From the IMG/VR virus record IMGVR_UViG_3300036761_001135, positions 64,001-128,000 of that record: a stretch of 64,000 bases of DNA. One strand, given 5' to 3'. The notes beneath the pieces are model-generated. The model ran no database searches, was not told the origin of the DNA, and worked only from the letters and a program-made list of their open reading frames with translations. Origin of the DNA: a virus. Every line of letters starts with the position of its first letter. Position 1 is the stretch's first letter. Positions 46,050 to 56,185 of this stretch are shown in pieces. A program made the translations under genes and the position numbers.

Positions 46050-47380
46050 TTGACATCCTCCGCCCGTTAAAGAAGGCGGATTCCTGAAGGAAGAATGCTA
46101 GGCATTGTTTACAACAGGTTGGTTCACAGTTCGACGACCGCTGCGTGTCTTGGCGAGTGCCTTGCTACGTCTTCTGCGGTCTCCCTGTGCGTTTATTCTG
46201 TCAGTCTGTCCGACCGCCAGTATATTCAGCGCGGCGTTGTGGTCCCGGTCGTGGACGACGCCGCATATCGGGCACGCCCATTCACGAATCGACAACGGCA
46301 GCGCACTAACAACGTGGCCACAATCGTGACACCGTTTGCTGGATGGGAAGAAGCGGTCAATCTTGACCATCTCCTTGCCGTACCAGGCGCACTTGTACTC
46401 AAGCAGGCCCACGAATTTGCTCATCGAGGCATCGCTGAGCGCCTGGGCCAGGCAGTGGTTGCGGACCATGCCACGCACGTTCAGGTCTTCGACGCAAATC
46501 ACGTCGAAGCGGCGCACAAGGTTGGTAGTGACCTTCTGCATGTGGTCGATGCGGGTATCCGCAATGCGGGAGTGGATGCGGGCAACTTTGAGACGTTGAC
46601 GCTCGCGGCGGTGACTGCCTTTCTGTTTGCGGGCCAGGGATTTTTGCGCCTTGGCCAGTTTGCGGAGCTTTTGTTTGAGCAGGCGAGGGTTAACGATGTG
46701 CTCGCCGTTCGAGAGCGTGGCGAGTCGGTTGATGCCCATGTCTATCCCGATGACATCGCCAGTTTTGGGCAGCGGTTGGATGGTCTCGTCGAGCACCAGG
46801 GTCACGAAGTACCGGCCATCCATGTGCTTGGCTATCGTCACAGTGGTGGGGGTACTGGTGAATGGGCGCGACCAGCGAACATCCAAGCGGCCAAGCTTAG
46901 CGATGGTCAGGTGGAGATGGGTAGCGTTCCAGTCAAAGGCACTAGCGGTGTATTCCGCAGATTGATGACCACGTTTTTTCTTAAAGGACGGGTACGACGT
47001 GCGCTTCTCGAAGAAGTTCACGAAAGCGGTTTGCAGGTGTCGCAATGTTTGCTGCGTGGGCACGGACGAGATTTCGTAGAGCCACGCGGTCTCGGGTTGC
47101 TTCTTGAGTTTGGTCAGTGCATTCGACGATGCCTCATATGTCATCCGAGAACCGTTGTGGTAGGCGTCGGTGCGGGCGCGAAGAGCCCAGTTATAGACGA
47201 AGCGACAAGCGCCAAAGGTGCGTGCGAGGATGCGTTGTTGGTCCTCCGTTGGGTACACGCGAAATTGATAACGCATCTTCACAGAAAACGGCATAATCCT
47301 GTAAATGCAGTCTGTCAACGAGGAAAGGAATGGCGCTTTTGCTGTCGTCTGAACGTGACGGTCTGAGCGCCTAAAATAAG
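46050..47380 (-). mobile_element. IS200/IS605-family tnpB-only (IS1341-type) element
   Basis: Right end on the minus strand reads GGAATCCGCCTTCTTTAACGGGCGGAGGATGTCAA; a left-end imperfect hairpin GGCGCT...AGCGCC lies at ~47332-47371; no tnpA; left boundary uncertain by ~5 nt. Confidence 0.85.
46098..47294 (-). CDS. tnpB: RNA-guided endonuclease TnpB
   Basis: HTH 'YQFRVYPT..Q..LARTFGACRFVYN'; RuvC 'GIDMG', 'VEDL', 'DRDHNAA'; Zn ribbon CHDC/CPIC; start at 47294 or 47276. Confidence 0.96.
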   Translation of the reverse strand: MPFSVKMRYQFRVYPTEDQQRILARTFGACRFVYNWALRARTDAYHNGSRMTYEASSNALTKLKKQPETAWLYEISSVPTQQTLRHLQTAFVNFFEKRTSYPSFKKKRGHQSAEYTASAFDWNATHLHLTIAKLGRLDVRWSRPFTSTPTTVTIAKHMDGRYFVTLVLDETIQPLPKTGDVIGIDMGINRLATLSNGEHIVNPRLLKQKLRKLAKAQKSLARKQKGSHRRERQRLKVARIHSRIADTRIDHMQKVTTNLVRRFDVICVEDLNVRGMVRNHCLAQALSDASMSKFVGLLEYKCAWYGKEMVKIDRFFPSSKRCHDCGHVVSALPLSIREWACPICGVVHDRDHNAALNILAVGQTDRINAQGDRRRRSKALAKTRSGRRTVNQPVVNNA

Positions 47381-50152
47381 ATGAGTTTGACGATGCCTTA
47401 CGGGCAGAACCACTACATGGGCGAGTGCGCCACCGAGTCGGCGGCGCTGGTGTGGATTCGTGACAATAAGTGGGACAGCGCGGGGAACGGCACTGGCAAT
47501 CCGAAGGCTGGCATGGCGTTCTTCGATACGGGGGCGACCAAGCTCAAGGTGCATGACGGCAGCGCGTGGGTTGGACTAGGTAGCGCGAGTGCGGCAGGAT
47601 CGACGGGCTACGTCCAGTTCAATACTGGCGGGGTATTTGATGCCGAGGCCGCTCTCTTTTGGGATAAGTCGAATGACCGACTGGGCGTAGGGTGTTCGAA
47701 TCCATCATATGGGATTGAGGCTTCCAAGGATGGAGCACAGTCCGTCTGTATTTCAAGTTTTGGCACTGGCGTTTCGCCAAGCGTCATCATGCAACGCGGT
47801 CGCGGGTCGCGGGCGAGTTATTCAGCCATCAGCAGTGGAGACCTATTGGGGTCGGTTCGATTTGCAGGTTTTTACGACACTTCATCGGTCAGTTATGCCT
47901 CTGGGCAGATCCAGGTGGTGGCGACGGAGAATTGGAGCGGTAGTGCGTTTGGTGCGGAGATGCAGTTCCATACAGCTCCAAACGGTTCTGCTGGCATTAC
48001 GCAGCGCATGGTGATCACACAGGACGGCAGGTTTGGCTTTGGAGTAGCAGCGCCAGCGACGTTTATGCACTTACAGGCCGAGGCGAGCACGACGATCACG
48101 GCAGCGACCTATAGCAGCAGTGCGAGTGCGGCGCTGAACTTATTTCGAGCGCGGAACACGGTGGCTGTTCCACAGAATGTTCAGTTGGGCGACTATCTGG
48201 GGACTATCGCTTTTCGCGGGTACGTTGGAGGTGGGGCTACAGCGGGTCAGATTCAAGCAGTAGCGACGGAGAACTGGTCGGCCAGCTCGGGGACTGCGTT
48301 GACGTTTTGGACCTACCCGAACACCACGGGAGCGCTGACCGAGCGCGTGCGGATCGATCAGTCTGGGTACGTTGGCGTTGGAACGACGGCACCGACTTGG
48401 CAGGTCCATGCGTCTAGGGCAGGGGATGCGACGATAGGATCGACAGCGTATGGCACGGGCTATCGAGGCTATCTCCTCATGGCACATGCCAATGGGACGG
48501 AGGGAACGCCGACTACGCTTGGAAGTTATGACTATATCGGCCAGATCAGCTTTCTAGGGCACACGGGGACAGCGTTTCGTGGGGGAACGGCGATTCGTTC
48601 TATGACGTCGGAGGCGTGGACTGAGTCAAACCGTGGTTGCCAGATTGAGATTTTTACAACGGCGAGTACAACGAGCACGGTTCGTCAGATTGCGACGTTT
48701 GGGCAAGACGGATCTCTGACCATGGGAGTGGTTGGTACGTTGGGTGGCAAGATCGTGATGTCCGGTTTGACATCGGGAACATGTACGATTCAGGTGGCGG
48801 CGGCGGCGGGCACGGTCACGTTTCAGTTGCCGTCGACCAATGGCACGAACGGGTATTTTCTCAGGACGGACGGGGCAGGCGTGACGAGTTGGGCTGTCGC
48901 AACAGCGATTCCAGCGGGCAGCACAACACAAGTCCAATACAATAATGCTGGAGCATTTGGCGCAGATAGTGGTTTCACTTTTGATAGCACGAATAAAATA
49001 ATCGATCTTGCTGGAAGTGCGGTGAATTCAGGGTTACGTGTCACGGTGGCAGGCACTTCAGCTTTCCCATTTTTAACGTTCAGACGCTACAGGAATACCA
49101 TTGCATCGCCACAGGCGGTTCAAAGTGGAGATGTGATTGGACAGATTGCTTTTGTTGGCTATGGAACCACAGGAAATTATACGGGTTCAAATTTTGTTGG
49201 GTATGCAGATGCTACATGGACGGATTCGTCATCTCCGGCTTACATACTTTTCAGGACTACTCCTGCTGCATCTACGATTCCTGTCGAGCGACTGCGCATC
49301 ACGAGTACAGGACAGATCGCGACGGGAGCAGAGTCCGCACCAGATGTCGATCCAGGTGGACTCTGCATCCACCATGGAGCCAACGATGGGTATCCGTTGA
49401 CGTTCAAGAACAGCGACGTCAACCATCCGTTCACGGCGATCTGCGAAGCGGACACGTATCTCCGTACCAACAAGACGGACTCCGCCGCAGGCGGCGCGAA
49501 TTTCATCGGATTTGGCACAGGATCGGTCGGCATTGGCCTCTTGCTGGGAGGGGCCAACTCGAACCCCGTGAGTGGCACGTCCGATGGATGCGTGGCCATC
49601 GTGGCATACAAGAGCAACGGGACGACGGGGTTTGCGGCGTTGGCCGCGACAGAGAATTTGGCGGCCTTCCGCAGCTATCAGACGACGCAGGTGATCATCA
49701 AGGGGTCGGGCGACATTCACACCGTGGCCGGGTTGAAGATCGGGGCCTATGGCCAGACGGCGGCGGCGGGGGCCATCGAATGGAACGGCACCAACTTCCG
49801 AGGGTACACGGGGAGCGTGTGGAAGAACTTGGACGCGAGTGGCGGGACCACGGTGGACGCGGGCACGGCCCAGGGCCAGGTCTTGTTCTGGAACAACGCG
49901 GGCAGCGCGTGGACCTACGCGGAGACTTCGGAGTGGATCTGGGATGACACCAACAAGCGGGTGGGCATCAATGAGGCAGCGCCCAGCTCGCGCCTGGACG
50001 TGGGCGGGGACGTGGAGATCGCCAGCAACGGCTGGCACTACTACGGCGACCCGAGCACGGACGGGTCATGGCGCACGGGGCGGGTGAGTGCGGATCTGGT
50101 GGTGCAGAAGCGGGAGAGCGGCACCTGGAATACGAAGCACACGTTCTCGTGA
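47381..50152 (+). CDS. Tail fibre protein (923 aa)
   Basis: Repeated '(R)G....P..V..GD.LG...F.G ... I...ATE.W.....G..F.T...TER.RI...G.VGVGT..P' modules. Confidence 0.85.
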   Translation: MSLTMPYGQNHYMGECATESAALVWIRDNKWDSAGNGTGNPKAGMAFFDTGATKLKVHDGSAWVGLGSASAAGSTGYVQFNTGGVFDAEAALFWDKSNDRLGVGCSNPSYGIEASKDGAQSVCISSFGTGVSPSVIMQRGRGSRASYSAISSGDLLGSVRFAGFYDTSSVSYASGQIQVVATENWSGSAFGAEMQFHTAPNGSAGITQRMVITQDGRFGFGVAAPATFMHLQAEASTTITAATYSSSASAALNLFRARNTVAVPQNVQLGDYLGTIAFRGYVGGGATAGQIQAVATENWSASSGTALTFWTYPNTTGALTERVRIDQSGYVGVGTTAPTWQVHASRAGDATIGSTAYGTGYRGYLLMAHANGTEGTPTTLGSYDYIGQISFLGHTGTAFRGGTAIRSMTSEAWTESNRGCQIEIFTTASTTSTVRQIATFGQDGSLTMGVVGTLGGKIVMSGLTSGTCTIQVAAAAGTVTFQLPSTNGTNGYFLRTDGAGVTSWAVATAIPAGSTTQVQYNNAGAFGADSGFTFDSTNKIIDLAGSAVNSGLRVTVAGTSAFPFLTFRRYRNTIASPQAVQSGDVIGQIAFVGYGTTGNYTGSNFVGYADATWTDSSSPAYILFRTTPAASTIPVERLRITSTGQIATGAESAPDVDPGGLCIHHGANDGYPLTFKNSDVNHPFTAICEADTYLRTNKTDSAAGGANFIGFGTGSVGIGLLLGGANSNPVSGTSDGCVAIVAYKSNGTTGFAALAATENLAAFRSYQTTQVIIKGSGDIHTVAGLKIGAYGQTAAAGAIEWNGTNFRGYTGSVWKNLDASGGTTVDAGTAQGQVLFWNNAGSAWTYAETSEWIWDDTNKRVGINEAAPSSRLDVGGDVEIASNGWHYYGDPSTDGSWRTGRVSADLVVQKRESGTWNTKHTFS

Positions 50153-50154
50153 GG

Positions 50155-50174
50155 ACGCGAACCCAGGTTCGCCT
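50155..50174. repeat. Palindromic repeat copy 8
   Basis: ACGCGAACCCAGGTTCGCCT between TGA and GAGGAG. Confidence 0.9.
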
Positions 50175-50188
50175 GGTGAGGAGTACCG

Positions 50189-53100
50189 ATGGGCATTCAG
50201 TACGATAGCGCGAACAATCAGGTGGTCTTCAGCGGGGATGCCTACGTCAAGCGGGAGGCGGCGGGCGCGATCCGGTTGGGCAACGCCAGCACGGGCCTGG
50301 TGGCATCCGACCACGCGCTGTTCGCGGCGATCAGCACGCCGACAACGCCCGGATCGGGGCTGGGCCGCCTGTTTGCGAATGGGGCCGGGGCGAGTGACAT
50401 CTACTGGCTGAACAGCGGTGGGGTGGCGGTCTCGCTCACGCAGTCGCAGACGTTCTCGACGCTACAAGGCGAGCCAACGGGCTTGCCGAATCGCACGGAC
50501 TCGACGCTGTCGTTCAACAACACCACGCGGGAGTTCACGATTGCTCCAGCGGTGACGAGTTTCGACGTCTATTCGAAGGGCACCAAGTACACCAAGAGTA
50601 GCGCCCAGACGGTGACGCTGACGGACGTGACAGGGCTGCACTATGTCTACTTCGACGCGAGCGGCGTGCTCCAGAAGGCGACCTCGACGTGGGATCTCGG
50701 CGCGGGGATCTCGCCCGTGGCGACGGTGTACTGGAACACCGATCTGGACCAGGGGCGTATCGGCGAGGAGCGGCACGGCCTGGTCATGGACTGGGCCACC
50801 CATGACTACATGCACGAGACGCTGGGGTCTCGCTATGTGAACGGGCTCGGCGGTAGTTTCACGAACACCACGTTCACGATCACGGACGGCGTGTATCGAG
50901 ACGAGGACATCCGTCATGTGCCCGGTCAGCAGACGCAGTGTCGGGTGTTTCGGCGCGATGGGAGTGGGAACTGGACCTGGGGTAGCAAGGGCACGCTGTA
51001 CTACGTGGTTCAGAACACGCACCTGACCTACGACAACGGCGGCACGCTGACCGAGACGAACAGCAACGACTACGTGGCGGTTTGGTTCTTCGTGACGAAC
51101 GATCCCGAGACGCCGATCTACGTGATCATGGGGCAGCGCAAGGACGGCAACATCGCCGATGCGCGCAACAACAACACCTACGACCAGTTGAGCCTGACCA
51201 ATCTCCCAGCCAAGGAGTTCAAGGTGCTGTATCGCGTCATACTGCGGGACGACGCGAGTCCCTACGAGGAGGCGCAGGATCTGCGCAGCCTGGCGGTGGT
51301 GTCCTCGGGGACGTATGTGGCGACAGACCACAACAGCCTCACGAATCGCACCGTGCTGGGGTCGCATCCGGCGAGCGCGATCACGGTGGATGTGGGAGCG
51401 TTCACGGGCTTCTTGACGGGGACCACCAGCGGGCAGACCGCGTTTGCGACGTTGGACACGCACACGCATGCGCCGCCCACGGGCGATACCAAGGTAATCT
51501 ACAACGACGGCGGGGCGTGGGCCGCAGCGAACGTCTACTACACCAAGGCCAATGGGTATCTCGGTGTGGGCCAGGCCACGCCGGGCGAGCGCCTGCACCT
51601 CAAGGACGGGTCGGATAACGGCGCGGTAGTGCTCGGGGCGCACCAGAACGCGACGGCCATCGCAGGCACCGTGGAGTGGACGGGGACGGCGCTGCGCTGG
51701 TACGACGGGTCGACTTGGAAGAGTGCGGGCATCGAGCTGACCGATCCGTTGCTGTACAAGGGGGCCATCGACTGCTCGACGAATCCCAACTATCCGGCAG
51801 CGGACGCGGGGTTCACCTACCGCATCAGCGTGGCGGGCAAGATCGGCGGGGCCAGCGGGCCGAACGTCGAGGCGGGCGACATGCTGGTCTGCCATGTGGA
51901 TGGGTCCGCAGCGGGCACCCACGCTGTTGTGGGGGCCAACTGGGACATCCTCCAGATCAATTTGGACGGGTCGGTGATCGGCCCGACGAGCGCGACGGAT
52001 TCGGCAGTAGCGCTGTTCGATTCGACGACGGGGAAGTTGATCAAGAACTCGTTGGTCACGATTGACGGGAGCGGGTCGGTCAACATTCCCAGCGGGCAGA
52101 GCTACAAGATCAATGGGACCGCGTTGACGGCGGCGAACGTGGGGGCGGAACCGACGTTGCCGTTGAGTACGCGAGGGGATCTGCTCTACCGCAACGCGAG
52201 CAACGTGACGGCGCGGTTAGCTGTGGGGACGAACGAGCAGGTGATCACGACGAACGGGACCGACGCCTCTTGGGGGGCGGTGCCAGGGCGGCACGATGCC
52301 GTGACGTTGGCGACGTCAGCAACGACGGGTGGGCTTGGCCTGTCTACGCAGGAGATCAGCTTCCAGGCGGCGTCAGGGTCCACGAACGGGTATCTGACGA
52401 GCACCAACTGGACCACGTTCAACAGTAAGGTGAGCGGGGCGGCGGGTAGCAACACTGAAATTCAGTACAACAGTAGCGGCGCGTTCGCGGCGAGTTCCAA
52501 TCTGGTGTGGGACAACGGGAATGTGCGGCTAGGCATCGGTGGGGCGCCGCAGGCGACGTTGGACGTGCAGGCGGCCTCGGCGTGGATTCGGGCCATGGGA
52601 TCGACGAACCCGTACATTTCAGCCCAGGACACGACCAACAGTTGCGTGGCGAAGATCCAGGCGTTGGATACAGCCGTTTCCGTGGGCGCACAGAGCGACC
52701 ATGAGGTGCGCTTCATCGTGAACAACGCGGCGAAGATGTACCTCACGACGACGGGCCGGTTAGGGATCAACGTCGCCGCGCCCTCGTACATCCTGCACAC
52801 GTCGGTCGATGGGCGTGGCGACGTCCAGTTCGACGCGCACAGCGCCTCGGACGATGGGACGTTCTTGTGGTTGCGGCGGAGCGGCGGCACGCAGGCGAGT
52901 CCGGCAGCGGTGCCATCGGGGCATCGGCTGGGGAACATCGCCTTCGCAGGGTACTATGATGCGTCCAATTCGAGCTGGGGTGCCGTGATCCAGTCCATGG
53001 CCTACGGGCTGTGGTCGGCTACGAATCGCGGAGCCTGCCTGCAATTCTACACGACGACGACGGGCACGACCGCGCTGACCGAGCGCATGCGGATCATCGA

Positions 53101-54913
53101 CAGCGGGTACGTGGGGATCGGAGCCACCGCGCCTGACGCGAAGTTGCAGGTTGGAACTTGGATCGAGAACAACACCGTTGGCAATACGCCGACCGTTTTG
53201 TTTTGGGGAAATTCTCCTATGTCCGCGACCTCGGAGACGGTGTTGCGCTTGCAGCGTCCTGTGGCGTCTGGCGTGACCTATGGAGGCGGTGCGGATTTCA
53301 ATATTTACAGGTACACCACTGGAACGACAGCTCCATACACGCAGATGGATATCGCGCTGAAGGATGCCGTCTCGTACACGCAGACGGCCACGGTCAACGT
53401 GATCTCCATGCGAGATACCGGGGCAGTAGGCATCGGCAACATTACGCCAGACACGTTGCTCACTTTGGGCACGGCGGGCACGAAGGCGGGCGTGATCAAG
53501 ATCGCGGGCGGGACCAGTGGGGCGTGTACGGTGCGTGTCGCAGCGGCGGCGGGAAGCGGCACGATCTTCGAGTTACCCGCGACCAATGGCACCAACGGAT
53601 ATTTCCTCAAGACGGACGGAACGGGCGTGACCAGTTGGGCGGCGGCGGGGAGCGGGGGAACGCCAGGTGGTAGTGACACCTATGTGCAGTTCAACAACTC
53701 CAGTGCCTTTGGCGGTGACTCGAATTTCATCTGGGATAACACCAATAAGCGTGTGGGCGTGGGCGTGGCAACCACGCTGAATTATGAAATCCAGATCACG
53801 AAGGATTCGGCTGCGGCATCTTTTGCGGCATACGCTTTTGGTTCGACAGCGACTTATGTTCCAGAGATAAGGATGTTTCGGGCGCGTGGATCGTATGCGA
53901 GTCCGAGTGCTGTCTCTACCGGAGATGTACTTGGTCATTGGGGAGCATCAGGTTATGGAACTTCGTATTATATTCATACAGGGTCAATAGAGTTCATTGC
54001 TCGTGGTACGTATTCGTCTTCGTCTGGTTCTACCACTTTGCGTTTTATGAAGTCGCTAAGTGGTGCTGCTAGTGAATCATCTTATTTGCTCCACAACGTG
54101 GATAATCAGGCATTGTATACTTTAGAGGCGTATACATCTTATGACAGTTTCACTTTGAGCATGTCTTCGACTGAGTTTTTGCGTCCCACAGTAGTAGCAC
54201 AACGTACATGGGGTGGTACTACTAGTGCGGCGCGGGATGCAGCACTGATTGCGGTACATGGGTCGTCTTCGACAGCGAATGAGGGTGGATGGTTTTGGGC
54301 GATGCGATCTAGCGGGTTGACCTCGCGCAGTATCGTCACCAATGGCGATTCAGTGGGTGGTATCCAGGGGATCGCCTATTCGGGCAATTCGACGTATCCA
54401 TGGGTTCGCGTGGGTTCAATTGCGTTTGAGATGGACGGAACGTTGAGCACGACTGCGATGCCAAGTCGGATTACGTTCTGGACGGTGGCGTCGGGTGGAA
54501 TTGTGTTGTCGGAGCGCATTCGAATAGACAACGCGGGTAAGTTATATTCATATCAGATGTATAGTGGGTACACGATTGGTGGAACCAACAAGGCGGTGTA
54601 CGTCGATTCGACAGGGATGGTTGGCGTCCTTTCATCTTCTCTTCGGACCAAACAGGACGTCGTGGACATGGAGGACGTTGAGTGGATAGACCGGCTGCAT
54701 CCGGTGAATTTCTGCTATCGGTCGACGCCTGGGGTGAAGCAGTATGGCCTGATCGCGGAAGAGGTCGAGGGCGTGAACCGGGACATCGTCGGGTACGACT
54801 GGGAGGGGCTACCGGATAGCGTGAATTACGACAGGCTCGTTCCGGTGCTGCTCAAGGCAGTCAAGGATCTTCGGGGCGAGGTGCAACGATTACGGGCAGA
54901 ACTGTTGCCATAG
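50189..54913 (+). CDS. Long tail fibre with C-terminal intramolecular chaperone (Peptidase S74-like)
   Basis: 1574 aa; ends 'SSLRTKQDV..L.PV.F.Y..YGLIAEEV..VNYDRLVPVLLKAVKDL'. Confidence 0.9.
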   Translation: MGIQYDSANNQVVFSGDAYVKREAAGAIRLGNASTGLVASDHALFAAISTPTTPGSGLGRLFANGAGASDIYWLNSGGVAVSLTQSQTFSTLQGEPTGLPNRTDSTLSFNNTTREFTIAPAVTSFDVYSKGTKYTKSSAQTVTLTDVTGLHYVYFDASGVLQKATSTWDLGAGISPVATVYWNTDLDQGRIGEERHGLVMDWATHDYMHETLGSRYVNGLGGSFTNTTFTITDGVYRDEDIRHVPGQQTQCRVFRRDGSGNWTWGSKGTLYYVVQNTHLTYDNGGTLTETNSNDYVAVWFFVTNDPETPIYVIMGQRKDGNIADARNNNTYDQLSLTNLPAKEFKVLYRVILRDDASPYEEAQDLRSLAVVSSGTYVATDHNSLTNRTVLGSHPASAITVDVGAFTGFLTGTTSGQTAFATLDTHTHAPPTGDTKVIYNDGGAWAAANVYYTKANGYLGVGQATPGERLHLKDGSDNGAVVLGAHQNATAIAGTVEWTGTALRWYDGSTWKSAGIELTDPLLYKGAIDCSTNPNYPAADAGFTYRISVAGKIGGASGPNVEAGDMLVCHVDGSAAGTHAVVGANWDILQINLDGSVIGPTSATDSAVALFDSTTGKLIKNSLVTIDGSGSVNIPSGQSYKINGTALTAANVGAEPTLPLSTRGDLLYRNASNVTARLAVGTNEQVITTNGTDASWGAVPGRHDAVTLATSATTGGLGLSTQEISFQAASGSTNGYLTSTNWTTFNSKVSGAAGSNTEIQYNSSGAFAASSNLVWDNGNVRLGIGGAPQATLDVQAASAWIRAMGSTNPYISAQDTTNSCVAKIQALDTAVSVGAQSDHEVRFIVNNAAKMYLTTTGRLGINVAAPSYILHTSVDGRGDVQFDAHSASDDGTFLWLRRSGGTQASPAAVPSGHRLGNIAFAGYYDASNSSWGAVIQSMAYGLWSATNRGACLQFYTTTTGTTALTERMRIIDSGYVGIGATAPDAKLQVGTWIENNTVGNTPTVLFWGNSPMSATSETVLRLQRPVASGVTYGGGADFNIYRYTTGTTAPYTQMDIALKDAVSYTQTATVNVISMRDTGAVGIGNITPDTLLTLGTAGTKAGVIKIAGGTSGACTVRVAAAAGSGTIFELPATNGTNGYFLKTDGTGVTSWAAAGSGGTPGGSDTYVQFNNSSAFGGDSNFIWDNTNKRVGVGVATTLNYEIQITKDSAAASFAAYAFGSTATYVPEIRMFRARGSYASPSAVSTGDVLGHWGASGYGTSYYIHTGSIEFIARGTYSSSSGSTTLRFMKSLSGAASESSYLLHNVDNQALYTLEAYTSYDSFTLSMSSTEFLRPTVVAQRTWGGTTSAARDAALIAVHGSSSTANEGGWFWAMRSSGLTSRSIVTNGDSVGGIQGIAYSGNSTYPWVRVGSIAFEMDGTLSTTAMPSRITFWTVASGGIVLSERIRIDNAGKLYSYQMYSGYTIGGTNKAVYVDSTGMVGVLSSSLRTKQDVVDMEDVEWIDRLHPVNFCYRSTPGVKQYGLIAEEVEGVNRDIVGYDWEGLPDSVNYDRLVPVLLKAVKDLRGEVQRLRAELLP

Positions 54914-54995
54914 CAGGAGAGACACTGGTCTATTGAAAACGTGGCGCAATAGAATGGCTGCGTGATAACGTGGCGCAAGATGTCGGAGGTGTGTG

Positions 54996-55250
54996 ATGAG
55001 TTGGAGCGCAAGCGAGAAGAAGTGGGCCGAGGAGATGCTGCGTGGTTTTTACAGCGGCATGTCGAGTCAACCGGTGACGGCGCAGGACATCGACACGTTG
55101 GTGTTTGGGGCCGTCGAGGTGGATCGCAAGGCTGTGGCGACGGCCTACGCGCAGACCGTCATCAAGCCGCGCCTAGAGAACAGCCTGACGGCGTTGGACG
55201 ATCAGGCGGCGGTGGTAGAGGTAGAGATTGCGGAGATCCCGTCCTCTTGA
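54996..55250 (+). CDS. Hypothetical protein (possible fibre chaperone)
   Basis: GGAGGT SD. Confidence 0.6.
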   Translation: MSWSASEKKWAEEMLRGFYSGMSSQPVTAQDIDTLVFGAVEVDRKAVATAYAQTVIKPRLENSLTALDDQAAVVEVEIAEIPSS

Positions 55251-55296
55251 AATGGGGGGTCGGACGTTGGTGCAAGATGCACGTTGAAAGGGTGAG

Positions 55297-55794
55297 TTGA
55301 TGAAGTTGAAGAACGAGTTGTGTTTCGAGGGTGACGCGGTGATGGCAAAGGTCGAGAAGGTGAAGAACGTGCCAGTGGCCTGGGCCATGGCTCGAAACAG
55401 GGAGAAGTTGGAGAAGCCGTTGGCGGACGTGCGCAAGATGCTAGAGAGCACGGCGGCGATGAAGGCGTTGAATGAGGCGATCCAGAAGGCGGCGGAGGCG
55501 CACGCGGAGAAGAACGCGGACGGCAAGCCGAAGACCGAGATCGCGGATGATCGTGTGATGATGCGGTTGGCGGACACGGCGGGGTACACGGCGGCGGTGG
55601 AGGCCCTGCGGGCGTCTGAGGAGCACGCACAGGCCCTCGTGGACGAGAAGGAACTGAAGGAAAAAGAAACGGCCCTGCTGGCCGAGACTATCGACTGGGA
55701 GCCGTACAAGCTCAAGGTGGAGCGTTTGAAGGACGGCGACATGGACGGCGCGCAGATGCGCGTGCTGTTCAAGATGGGCATTTTGGAGGAGTAG
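55297..55794 (+). CDS. Hypothetical coiled-coil protein
   Basis: 165-aa helical, charged ORF. Confidence 0.7.
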   Translation: MMKLKNELCFEGDAVMAKVEKVKNVPVAWAMARNREKLEKPLADVRKMLESTAAMKALNEAIQKAAEAHAEKNADGKPKTEIADDRVMMRLADTAGYTAAVEALRASEEHAQALVDEKELKEKETALLAETIDWEPYKLKVERLKDGDMDGAQMRVLFKMGILEE

Positions 55795-55819
55795 CGCAAA
55801 CCACAAAGGAGGCGACGCC

Positions 55820-56143
55820 ATGGATCTAGTGAGCATCCTGATTACGCCACAGGTGTTGGCCATTGCGGCGGCGACGGTAGCGTTGATCTATTTCCTTGGC
55901 CAGATTCCGTTTCGGCGTAGCAAGTTAGTCAATGCTCGTTGGTGGCGTCGTCTCCTTCCACTTTTGCCGTTGGCCATGGGCGTTGGGATGGCGTTTTTGC
56001 CGGGGGTGTTACCGGCGGACGTGGCGCTGTCCAAGGGCTGGGGAACCAACGTCCTTGTGGGGCTATGGTCGGGCCTGGTAGCATCGCAGGGGCGCGCTGT
56101 ATTCAAGCGTCTTGTTGTGGATAAGCTCGAACCCAAGGAGTAG
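55820..56143 (+). CDS. Small membrane protein, possible holin
   Basis: Three hydrophobic segments and a charged C-terminus; AAGGAGG SD. Confidence 0.55.
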   Translation: MDLVSILITPQVLAIAAATVALIYFLGQIPFRRSKLVNARWWRRLLPLLPLAMGVGMAFLPGVLPADVALSKGWGTNVLVGLWSGLVASQGRAVFKRLVVDKLEPKE

Positions 56144-56185
56144 TCCTGGGGTCGATTACCCTGTACGCGGAAGGAATAGGGACAC

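Noticed and set aside
46095-47366. 423-aa plus-strand ORF over tnpB
   Set aside because: Antisense shadow of tnpB with no recognisable motifs.
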